Positions 1 to 9,678 of a stretch of 64,000 bases of DNA are shown in pieces. The notes under the pieces are model-generated. The model saw nothing but the letters and a program-made list of their open reading frames with translations, searched no databases and was not told the DNA's origin. The translations under genes and the position numbers were made by a program. Position 1 is the stretch's first letter. Each line of letters starts with the position of its first letter. The stretch lies in contig NMRA01000186.1 in assembly GCA_002633005.1 (NCBI GenBank), forward strand, positions 537,479-601,478. Direction: 5' to 3'. Origin of the DNA: Phoronis australis. Lineage: Eukaryota; Animalia; Phoronida.

Positions 1-435
1 CTCAATTTAAATGTCATAGATTTTAACTCCAACAGAGTAAAACTTTAAAAATCTATAATTTCATTAAGAAATTTCACATTTCATAGCCACATATGTGCGC
101 TAACTATGGAAACAGTGTAAAGGATAATATACAAAATGACACAATTACAAAACATTTGTATGAAACATTTTGCAAAAATAACAAAGTCTTCAAACAATCA
201 AATGAATGTCATGCATATTGGTACACGTATAGACCAGAGAACATTACGAAAGGACAAATTGAACATATTACTGTTTCTCTTATCAACAACAAATTCCAAA
301 TTTATCCCAAACTTTCTGTAACAAAGCCATAGGATTTGGGGGGTTGGGGGTACTCTCCCCATAATCATGAAGGCAAGGGTCCACTGCCTCCCCCCATTAA
401 AAAGGTAAAACTGTTGTCAAGGGAAAACTGGTGTT

Positions 436-570
436 GGTGAGGGCCAGTGCTGCAACAGGTGAGGGCCAAGGCTGCAACAGGTGAGGCTCAGGGCTGCAAC
501 AGGTGAGGGCCAGGGCTGCAACAGGTGAGGGCCAGGGCTGCAACAGGTGAGGCTCAGGGCTGCAACAGGA
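436..570. repeat. Minisatellite, ~22-bp unit (AGGTGAGGGCCAGGGCTGCAAC), about 6 copies
   Basis: direct tandem copies visible. Confidence 0.9.
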
Positions 571-774
571 GAAGACCGGAGGTTGAAGGGTGTAAAACTG
601 GCATCAACATCGGGGCAAAACTGGGCGGTGACCAAAGCAACAGAGGCAAAATAGGTGTTCACTAAAGCAAACATTCCTATGGTAATATATACCTCATCAA
701 GAGAAAAGGAATTGTAAAAAGGTTATTGAAAGTGACCAGATTCCTTATGTACTGTCCCAATAACAGGAACTCAC

Positions 775-959
775 CTAAAATCTAAATCCAAATTGTTGTC
801 GACAGAGTTATCAATACTCCACACCGATCTGCTCTTCATCTGTTCCCGAGCTTTCAACTTTTCCTCTCGTTGCCGCTGCCTCTTCTTCCGCTTCTCATTA
901 AGTATATCCGACTCTAGAGATCTCCTTACTGGTGCAGAGTTGGTTAGCCTGACTGCGTC
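775..959 (-). CDS. Probable further exon (charged, NLS-like) of CERKL or a neighbouring gene; phase not contiguous with exon 8
   Basis: strong acceptor ttttatttcag| and donor TAG|GTGAGT; phase-0 frame open (DAVRLTNSAPVRRSLESDILNEKRKKRQRQREEKLKARE...), phase-1 frame hits TAA; an N-gap lies between it and exon 8. Confidence 0.55.
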
Positions 960-1124
960 CTGAAATAAAATAATATATTGAACTAAACTTGATCTGCTCT
1001 TCTCATTAAGTATATCCGACTCTAGAGATCTCCTTACTGGTGCAGAGCTGGTTAGCCTGACTGCGTCCTGAAATAAAATAATATATTGAACTAAACTTGA
1101 TCTGCTCTTCTCATTAAGTATATC
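891..1124. repeat. 108-bp tandem repeat spanning a splice acceptor, running into an N-gap
   Basis: CTTCTCATTAAGTATATC recurs at 891, 999 and 1107. Confidence 0.9.
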
Positions 1125-1365
1125 NNNNNNNNNNNNNNNNNNNNNNNNNNNNNNNNNNNNNNNNNNNNNNNNNNNNNNNNNNNNNNNNNNNNNNNNNNNN
1201 NNNNNNNNNNNNTTGTTTCATCTTTTCTTGCAATCTATCAAAAATTTACCCGAAACAATGACTCTTTCAGTCAGTATGCATCTTTTTAGTTTGGCTGCAT
1301 CAAATGACACACAATCAAAGCCTTTTGCAAACAGCGAGACCAACCACCGAGTAAAGCTTTCTCAC

Positions 1366-1565
1366 CAATAATGGTACTGCTAGTGCCCGACACCGCCAGG
1401 GGGTCGTACTCCTGAAGCGAGTCCGTGTAGACACTACTTTGACGACTTCCACCTGGTGTCACACGCAGGCAGACTCCGCAGCCTGAACGACATGTCACAC
1501 CATCTAGTGGATTACTCTGACTTGCACATGGACTAGGAATGTACTGTATCTCACAGTGATATGGC
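1366..1565 (-). CDS. CERKL: CERKL coding exon 8 (CxxxCxxC motif)
   Basis: acceptor ccattacag|, donor TTG|GTGAGA; RPYHCEIQYIPSP...CRSGCGVC; phase 2 to 1. Confidence 0.85.
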
Positions 1566-2439
1566 CTGTAATGGAAATGATACTGACAGTAATACATTGT
1601 CAAGATTTATCCGGAAATCAGTCACAGTACTTTCACTATACAAGTCATACAACCTTGGTGATCAAACAAATCACATTCCAAAAGGAGGCAGGGCTGATAG
1701 AAGTCCAGTTTTTAATTCAAGGGGCAATTTGACGAGACATAATGCTTAGTCTTACGGCTCACAGGAAGTCACCACGACTGATGCCAAGTGGCGACTATTG
1801 TATTGCCAGTCAATAAATGTTTACCTAGTCAACTATTAAACCAAACTTGTTCTGGCATAATATGAAGATGGCATGTCTTGAGTCAGAACTTCCCTGTGGA
1901 GCTATTATTATCTAGCGGGCCATATTCTCCTACTCAAACCAGGTCAATCCACACCACAAAGATAAGCCTCAGATCTTTCAATGGTGTAATATAAAATTAT
2001 TTTCATCTCCAAACAAATCATACAGGGCATCGGTGTGTAAATAAACGCGAAAAGTCCAGCGATTTGACGAGGTTAGCCAACCCATCAAAAATTGCTCTTC
2101 TTCTTCTGCTAATGGTGAATTCTAAATTTTTGGCCTAAAAAACCAACTGCCTTCAAAGCAAGCAAATGACTCTCAGAAATGTTGCAGTAAATAAATCATG
2201 AGTGTACTGGAAAATAAGACAATCCAATGCTAACAAATTCTTCCCACAAAAACTCAACAGTCAAAGAAAAGTAATTATAACACCACCCTTCATTTTGGAT
2301 ACTGTACACTTTGCATACACTAAAGCTCACCAATTTCGGACAAAAATGATTGCCAAAACTGCTCACTGTTCAATGTCTTTTAGCATTGTTGTGAATGGCC
2401 AGTTTTTTCAAAACACTGTTTATTGGAAGATAGACGGTA

Positions 2440-2697
2440 AAACTTGAACATGACAGTCTGTTGAAAGTTATGGTGCACCACTCGAATGTGGCAGTTTGTT
2501 GGCAGATATAGTGCAGAACTTGAACATGGCAGTTTGTTGGTAGTTATAGTGCAGAACTTGAACATGGCAGTCTGTTGGTAGTTATTGGTAGTTATAGTGA
2601 ATAACTTGAACATGGCAGTCTGTTGGTAGTTATAGTGCAGAACTTGAACATGGCAGTCTGTTGACAGCTATAGTGCAGAATTTGAACATGGCAGTCC
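2440..2697. repeat. Minisatellite, ~38-bp unit (TATAGTGCAGAACTTGAACATGGCAGTCTGTTGGTAGT)
   Basis: about 6-7 imperfect tandem copies. Confidence 0.9.
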
Positions 2698-3058
2698 ACT
2701 TTTGTACTGCATTGTGGGCTAAGGTAAGAAATTAATACAGAATGAGCACAGACGTTAAGGAAATAAAGTACAGATTTTTGTACTAAGAAAACTTTGTTGC
2801 CACAATTTAAATGAACATGTTGTTGACATTACATCCGATACTCAGTTTAGTTGCTAAAAAGGTTGCACTTTTCTGAGCGAATCCCTTCTTTTTGGTATTT
2901 TTCAACACATCTTCTTTGCACACAGACACAGCTAATGTACTTTTGAGATCAGAAAGTACAGATTCTAAAAAAATATTCATTGAAATACGGAAAGCATTCC
3001 ATCAATACCAAATGGTTGTCACAACTGCATGTAGGTCAAAGATAGGTCGTCGTCTCAC

Positions 3059-3239
3059 CTCAACTTTGACTTGGTGAGTGCTTTGAGAAATGCAGCGTCA
3101 ACTCTCTTCTGCCCAAGCACATTGTATCGCTCGGTGAACTCCAGAATATTTCCACCAAATCCATATTGACCATTGAATGCCCACTGGTGAAATGTGTCTT
3201 GATGGAACACAGAACACATGTCTACAGGCATGGTGTTAC
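3059..3239 (-). CDS. CERKL: CERKL coding exon 7
   Basis: acceptor ctctttaaag|, donor GAG|GTGAGA; GNTMPVDMCSVF...YGFGGNILEFTERY...DAAFLKALTK resembles CERKL VDVC...FGFGGRTLALAEKY; phase 1 to 2. Confidence 0.92.
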
Positions 3240-3551
3240 CTTTAAAGAGATGTTTCTATCAGCATGCAACTATGATCTTCAAACAACAGACTAGAATGAG
3301 TAGCCAGTCACTACAGATTCATTGAAACTAACTACTTCACTATGAACACAAATGGATAGCAAACAAAACTTAACAGATAACTATTGCGTTGCTGTTCCTG
3401 TGCTTCTTAATTGATGTAATGAACTTCAGAATAAATCCCTAGAAATAATTATCAATGTTTCCACTGAACCGTTAAAATCAACCCAACAGAAATTGTTGAA
3501 ACATGATGAAAGAGACATAAATGATGCAAAATAACCAAGGTTTTAACCTAC

Positions 3552-3626
3552 CAAATATTATGTGAAACGTCGCAGTTGTGAGGTCGTCTGTTCCCAAGAC
3601 AGATTGAGCAATGTGATTCGTTGTTC
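3552..3626 (-). CDS. CERKL: CERKL coding exon 6
   Basis: acceptor cattttccag|, donor TTG|GTAGGT; GTTNHIAQSVLGTDDLTTATFHIIF resembles CERKL GSTNVLAHSL...TATLHIIMG; 75 nt. Confidence 0.92.
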
Positions 3627-4620
3627 CTGGAAAATGGATGGTGCAGTGAGATTGATTGAATTATAAAAATATATTGTGTACCAACGTCATGTCATAAAGA
3701 ATAGTGATGAATCTAAAAGCATGTCTTCTAGTACACGTAACACTACATGTTGTTACAGATGCATTCTGTTTACTACACTATTGTGGGTAATAGTGTGATA
3801 TAATTTACCCGCATTTTGAGAACCCGTCTTATCTACATCAACCGGTGGTCAAAATGTGAGCCTGTTATATCAGACCATTGCCCTATTATGAGCAGGAATG
3901 TTAAACCTATACTAAAACATTTATATCAAGTACTCATTGGTCTCAGGGAAAACTGGTTTCATGAGGAACAAAAACTTTGTTTGTGCCTGAGACCAGGCTT
4001 TGCTCAGAAAAGAACATACTGAGTATATTCACAAACAAAAACAAATTTTCAGTTCTTCTTAAGCAAAGACCGAGCTAGTTCCCATTTAGAAGACCTTGGT
4101 TATTTCCATAGCCTCAAATTTCCCTCGGCAGTGACCACTATTTGCACATGTACAAACTTCAACCATTTAGCTAATAATTTTCCATTTTGAAAGTCACACG
4201 AATTGCCGTAAAACCAAAGTTTGCATGTGGGCAGTCAAATTTCATCTCCAATGGCAAACTTGAGTTGACAAATATACATACTTGGGTATATTTGTATAGT
4301 TGTTCAGGATGACACATACCTATTAACATTAAAAAGGAACAAGTGAGTTGAAATCACTTCAATTCAAAAGCTCTTATTTTTACAAAATGTGGGTTTATGG
4401 CACCTTTAAATAAACATTAAAACAGATGCATGAACACCAACAGTCTCATGATTACATTACTAGTATGTACAACAAGAATCCACAACTCATTCAGTTGTTA
4501 GAACACTACTTTCAATGGAAATAAATTAGGTAAGGACTACACCATATCCAAAGTCGTCCATGTCAGCAAGATGATTAGGAAGTTTGTCCTGCCACGAATA
4601 TGAAGTAACCTAGAACCTAC

Positions 4621-4763
4621 CCACAGGGATGATGGCAACAGGGGTGTTGAGCCTGGCCGGGGTAAAGCCAAGCTTCACCTCAATAGCTCTGTCACGCTGC
4701 ACTTTGTTCAGTAGAGCGTTAATGACTTTATTCACAGTTCCATCACCGCCAACGACAACAACA
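4621..4763 (-). CDS. CERKL: CERKL coding exon 5 (GGDG ATP-binding motif)
   Basis: acceptor tatatttcag|, donor TGG|GTAGGT; VVVVGGDGTVNKVINALLNKVQRD...PVAIIPV; phase 2 to 1. Confidence 0.93.
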
Positions 4764-4947
4764 CTGAAATATAAACACAATTAAGTAAAATGCCTCATCT
4801 TGAGCTACGTTTTTTTTCGCATTTCATGCACACTAAGTTGACAAAACTGCATTTTTTCCTTTTACAGAGACTACATCCGTTCAAATGCTTAAAGACTGTA
4901 AGTTTCGCATTTAAATGTGCAATTTTTAAACAAGCGTGGAAATGTAC

Positions 4948-5230
4948 AAGCCTGGTTAGCATGCTACCTGTGGCCACATCACGTGACCTAATGAATGTAA
5001 GTCTGAAAGATTTCCGCCTCAAATGGGATCCGAACCCAGGACCTTCTGCTCACTGTGCAGATGCTCTAGTCTCTTGTCCCATCGGGACGACCAGTTGAAC
5101 ACAGAAATCCAATCAGACTTAGTAGTGGGCATGTTGTACCTGAATTGTAACGTGTTGAGACACACATCTTCTCAGACTTATATACCTTAGGTCACGTAAT
5201 ATGACCACAGGTTGCGTGCTGACCAGACTT
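4948..5230. mobile_element. MITE-like inverted-repeat element enclosing a degenerate tRNA-like sequence
   Basis: ~60-bp imperfect TIRs (AAGCCTGGTTAGCATGCTACCTGTGG... / ...CCACAGGTTGCGTGCTGACCAGACTT); minus-strand tRNA-like core at ~5016-5088. Confidence 0.7.
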
Positions 5231-5502
5231 AAGATATTTGAGATACCGTACATAAGGTTTGCTTTATGCAAACTCTTTACAGTTCAAACTACATTAATGG
5301 TGAAATCAGAATTTCTGATGTTTAATTTTGTTAATAATAATTGTAAGTTAATGAAGTTCCACTTGTCGTCAAAATGAGGACCAAGTACTGAGAGGAAACT
5401 TTAAATCCCCAAAACACTGCCACACGCAAGGTGTTGAAATGCATCCACTGCAAAAGTTGTGCTTCTAGGGATGTTCATTTCTAGCATAAAAATGGCCAAT
5501 AG

Positions 5503-6002
5503 CACAGGCGTCCTCAGCTTCTGATCGTCCACAATACACTACACATAATACTACAAGGTATGACACTACGGACTAGAAATTCCACGGGTGCTTCACTTCA
5601 GCCGTCCATAGCAAATATAAAACTCAATAAATTTACACAAAACAGAGGTTCAACAAACCATGAAGAATTGTTCTTTCTCCCAATACCATTCACAGTGTCC
5701 TGTTCCGGCGACTTCGTAAGAAATTCGCAGTCAAAGAACAAAAATGTTCAAAAAAAGCCCCCACACACTTTCATCGTGGGCCGCTCGAGGTCAAGGACGG
5801 TAAGGAAATTGCCGGTGAGTTACGGAAGTACTCAATAGTTTTTCTACTGGCGGCTAAGTGTAGAGTGATCAACATCGTGGCTTTACGCGACAAACCGGCA
5901 ATTTCCGTACCGTACACCCGTGGAATTTCTAGTCGGGAGTGTCATACCTTGTAGTATTATATGTAGTGTATTGGGAACGATCAGAAGCTGAGGACGCCTG
6001 TG
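5503..6002. mobile_element. Non-autonomous DNA transposon (MITE), CACAGGCG termini, 8-bp TSD (hAT or P-like)
   Basis: ~88-bp TIRs; perfect TSD GCCAATAG at 5495-5502 and 6003-6010. Confidence 0.92.
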
Positions 6003-6009
6003 GCCAATA

Positions 6010-6962
6010 GATGGCACATAATACATTGAACCCATCTAAAATGGGATGCTGTCATCATATCTCAAAGTAACTTGCCAAATTTCATGAAAATCGTCAAAGA
6101 ACTCCAAAGATGCAAAGGCAAACGAAAAAACAAAAATTGCCATTAATTACCACAACAGTAGTTGAATCCGTCCATTTGCTGTCATGTTAATAGGAATACA
6201 ATATTGCAAAATTTCAAGAACATCTTGCAAAGGGTTTAGGAGCTAGGGGCATAACAGTGGTTAGACCCATTTGAAAATTCACCTCAATCATGCTCTTATC
6301 AGTAGGAACACATTGGCCAATTTTCATAATGATCCTCAGCGCCGTTTGGCAGATACAGAAGCAGACAACATAGTCAAAAATAATTAAAATGGCCACTAGT
6401 TGGCGCTGTCATCTTCATAGAAATTTGTTTGTCCAATTTCATAAAAAAGCATCAATGAACTCTGAACTTACAGAGTCAAACATAAAAAAGTTGTCCGAAA
6501 ATCATCGTCAGCCATCCTCTTCACAGCAGAAACATATACGCCAATTTTCACAATCATACATAGAGTGGTTTGGTTGATAAAGGGTCATATGCCAAAAAAC
6601 TAAAACAGTGAAAATGGCAGCTAGGTGACGCAAAAAACTTTGAATTCATCCGAAAATGGATGGACAGCGTCATCTAACTAATAACGCTTATCCACCAAAT
6701 TTATGAAAACCTATTGAGAAGCTTTGAAGATATGTCGAGGTAAAAGTAACAAAAATCAAAATTGTCACTAGGAGGCACACCGGTAGTCGAATCCATACGA
6801 AAGTTCACTCATGCTGTCCTATCCATAAAATCAACACATGCAAAGTTTCATGGACATACGTCAAAGGGTTTTGAAGATAGAGCAGCGGATGCCGGAAGGA
6901 CGCTGGCCGGACGGACATTGATGAGGGCATAATGCTCGCACAATATGTGGTCGCATTATAAT
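6010..6962 (-). mobile_element. Helentron/DINE-1-like non-autonomous element with internal ~150-bp repeats
   Basis: reverse-strand homologue of 34985-36630 with the same 5' stem, GTCC microsatellite and core repeats. Confidence 0.75.
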
Positions 6963-7276
6963 GCATGTATGTATTTGACCATGCAATTCCAACTGAATAT
7001 ACAGACTTGGTGGCGCCAAATTAGTGAGAGACTGAACTCACGTAGCCATAACACATAACTATAATGAAAAACAGCCTATGTACCTACGGTAATTATTCAC
7101 TTATTTTGCACTAAAATAATTAAAATTGACATTTTTCCTTTTTACAAAGGCTGATCACCTTGCTGTAAGTTTTTTCATGGCATCTACATAATGCAAGTTA
7201 TGATAACAACGGACTAACATTTTGTTGGTCATGTTGTGTGCTAAATAAGAGTAAATCTAATAGCAAAAATACAGGA

Positions 7277-7904
7277 CATGACGGCGTTCTCCCGTTCAGT
7301 GACTTTACCAGACGTAGAGGGTTGTGGGCCTGTGATAATATCTAGCTCCTTTGTTCACTGCCAGAGCATAGTCTTTTCACTGGTATGACAACAGGCAGGC
7401 CAATTATCTACCAGGCTTATTACAGACCACGTGTGAACACCGTCAAACCCAGAGCATTGGGAAAGGTTAGATTGTCGTAACTTTGGTTGTAGTTGGGTGA
7501 TTTTGGGGATTCAAAAACTAAACGTGATCAGCATTTGACCAGGAATTCAGAAATGCTATTGGTTTATGTTCAAACATGTTATAACAGCCCAGCCTAGTCA
7601 GGCTAGATACGATCTTACTGGAGATTATAGCAATTATCAAATAAAAGAGAGCTGGCCCTCCAACCCTAAATGTCAGAATGGAGTTAATCAGTCATGTAAG
7701 ATACTGGCTACAGCGGTCACCTTCACAACTTGTTAATATATAGACGCTGAGGTTGTCCAGTAGTGAAATATATCAAATAAACACAGAAAAATCAGGAACC
7801 CCAGTTAGGGTTCTTGATTTTTCTGTGTTTATTCGATATATCCCAACTTGTTGTTGGGGCTATAGAATCGAAAAAGTTGGGAGCAACGGGGAAAACGTCG
7901 TAAC
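7277..7904 (+). mobile_element. MITE family copy 1, with an inserted palindrome
   Basis: short TIRs (TGACGGCGTTCTCCCGTT / AACGGGGAAAACGTCGTAA); homologous to 22455-22970 and to 42792-43345 (reverse). Confidence 0.75.
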
Positions 7905-8055
7905 GGAGCGCGTTCCACAGATGCAAGATGACACAAGACCACGTAAAAAGCTCTTATTGGCATACACAAACAAAATAGTGGCCACAAGAACGATTGGTCA
8001 GAGGATGGCTGTTGAATTGTAGGACATTTCTCACCGCAAGTGCTTTTGCAGAAAA

Positions 8056-8170
8056 TGACCCAGTTTTACAGAATGCGACCCAGTTTTACAGAATGTGACC
8101 CAGCTTTACAGAATTTGACCCAGCTTTACGGAAAGTGACCCAGTTTTACAGAATGTGACCCAGTTTTACA
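8056..8170. repeat. Minisatellite, 20-bp unit (TGACCCAGTTTTACAGAATG), about 6 copies
   Basis: direct tandem copies. Confidence 0.92.
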
Positions 8171-8619
8171 ATTTTATTTCTTCAATAGGCTTATAATGTT
8201 ATAATGAAATCCTAACAACAGCAAATGTGTTTTGAATGCATAACTGTTAATAACAGATAAGAACTAGCAGCTCATGCTGCAAAGCTTCACCAGTTTAAGT
8301 CAAAAGTTAAAACCATTTCGAGTCATGAAAAACTCGTATATTGTTGTGAATGACATAAATTTTTCAAAGTACAGTACGATGGTAGCTGTAACAGAATTTG
8401 AAAATGTCTTTCCCCTTTTGTGTCTAACTAGTTAAGATATTGCAAGGCAAAACTCGTGCCAGGCAGATGTTCAGTACATTCAGCACAGCACCAACTTAAA
8501 TGGTATAGATGACTGTATAATCCCTCAAGTCAATACTTGAACACATGACACAGCCATAGGAGGGGACTAAGGCAATTATCAAACAATTCACTTCAAAGTC
8601 AATAGATAGGAATACTTGC

Positions 8620-8683
8620 CCATCAAACTCGTTAAAATCTTGTTTTCTGACATCATCTTCTAAACTGTTCGGTAGATATATTT
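8620..8683 (-). CDS. CERKL: CERKL coding exon 4 (ends in a GC donor)
   Basis: acceptor ttttgtttcag|; EIYLPNSLEDDVRKQDFNEFDG; only the donor GG|GCAAGT keeps frame with the next exon. Confidence 0.82.
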
Positions 8684-9195
8684 CTGAAACAAAACAGAAA
8701 AGAAACAATCAGACAGCCAGCTCTCAGAAACATGCCATCAAAGTACTGACAGTACTTCATGATAATGAAAAAGACCACCAACTACAGAGCATACCAACTA
8801 CAGAGTATCTGTTATAAAAAGGCTTGGTGCACCACACATTTGCAATAGAATAGGAACTTATTAAGTAAAATCTCACCAATTTCTTACAAAAACAAAAAGT
8901 TCAAAAAGCTGATGTTTTCTCATTTTTCAAAAGTTTCTAGAATTATTGTGAATAACACAGTTTCAAAACACTGCCTGGTGAAAGTTTTGGCAAAGAACTT
9001 TGACCAAGCCTTTATTTGCTTCTACTTGTCTTTTATGAAATAGGAAATTAGAGATGTCTACCACATTCAATGATAAATAGGTCAAAGAGACATCTAGTTT
9101 CTCATGGGATTGACTCCAGGGAAAGTCTATGAACTCATTGCATTGGTATGAGGTAACACTAAGCAACACACTGTATTGACAAAGTCAGAATTTAA

Positions 9196-9678
9196 AGTTG
9201 CTTTCCCATTAGAAGTAAAACTTCACTTCTACCCAAGTTTCGTTAAGTGGGAAAGATTAACTCTGCAAGAAACTTCGCTTAAAATAGTGCGATTTAAAAG
9301 CGAAGCTTCGGTACTAACTGAAGCTTCGATTTAGTGAGAACACTGACAGCGAAGCATCGTCAGTAGAGGTCACAGCAATGACATACAATGAGGCGTGACT
9401 CGCAAAATGTGTTCTTTTGTTATTGTAGCGTAGCCAATGTGCTCTCAATAGATGGACGTAAATAAATAAAAGAAAGCATATCTGATGAAGAATGACACTG
9501 ATCATTTTCATGAACACTCATAAATAGCAGGTGAACAATTTTCAGTTAGCCTCGAACCCACTTGTTAATATTAGTTTGAGAGTACGAATGAATTGTGTTG
9601 TCTGTTGTCAAGTGCAAAATGTAAGCAAAGTTTCGGCGAAGCATCGGTAAACTGAAGTTCTCCTAATGGGAAAGTGCT
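9196..9678. mobile_element. Kolobok-like non-autonomous element (TTAA TSD, AG...CT termini)
   Basis: TTAA|AGTTGCTTTCCCATTAG ... CTAATGGGAAAGTGCT|TTAA; internal GAAGCTTCG sub-repeats. Confidence 0.7.

Noticed and set aside
417-674. 85-aa minus-strand ORF, and plus-strand CAG|GTGAGG donor-like motifs
   Set aside because: Both arise from the 22-bp minisatellite; the donor-like motifs are antisense to CERKL
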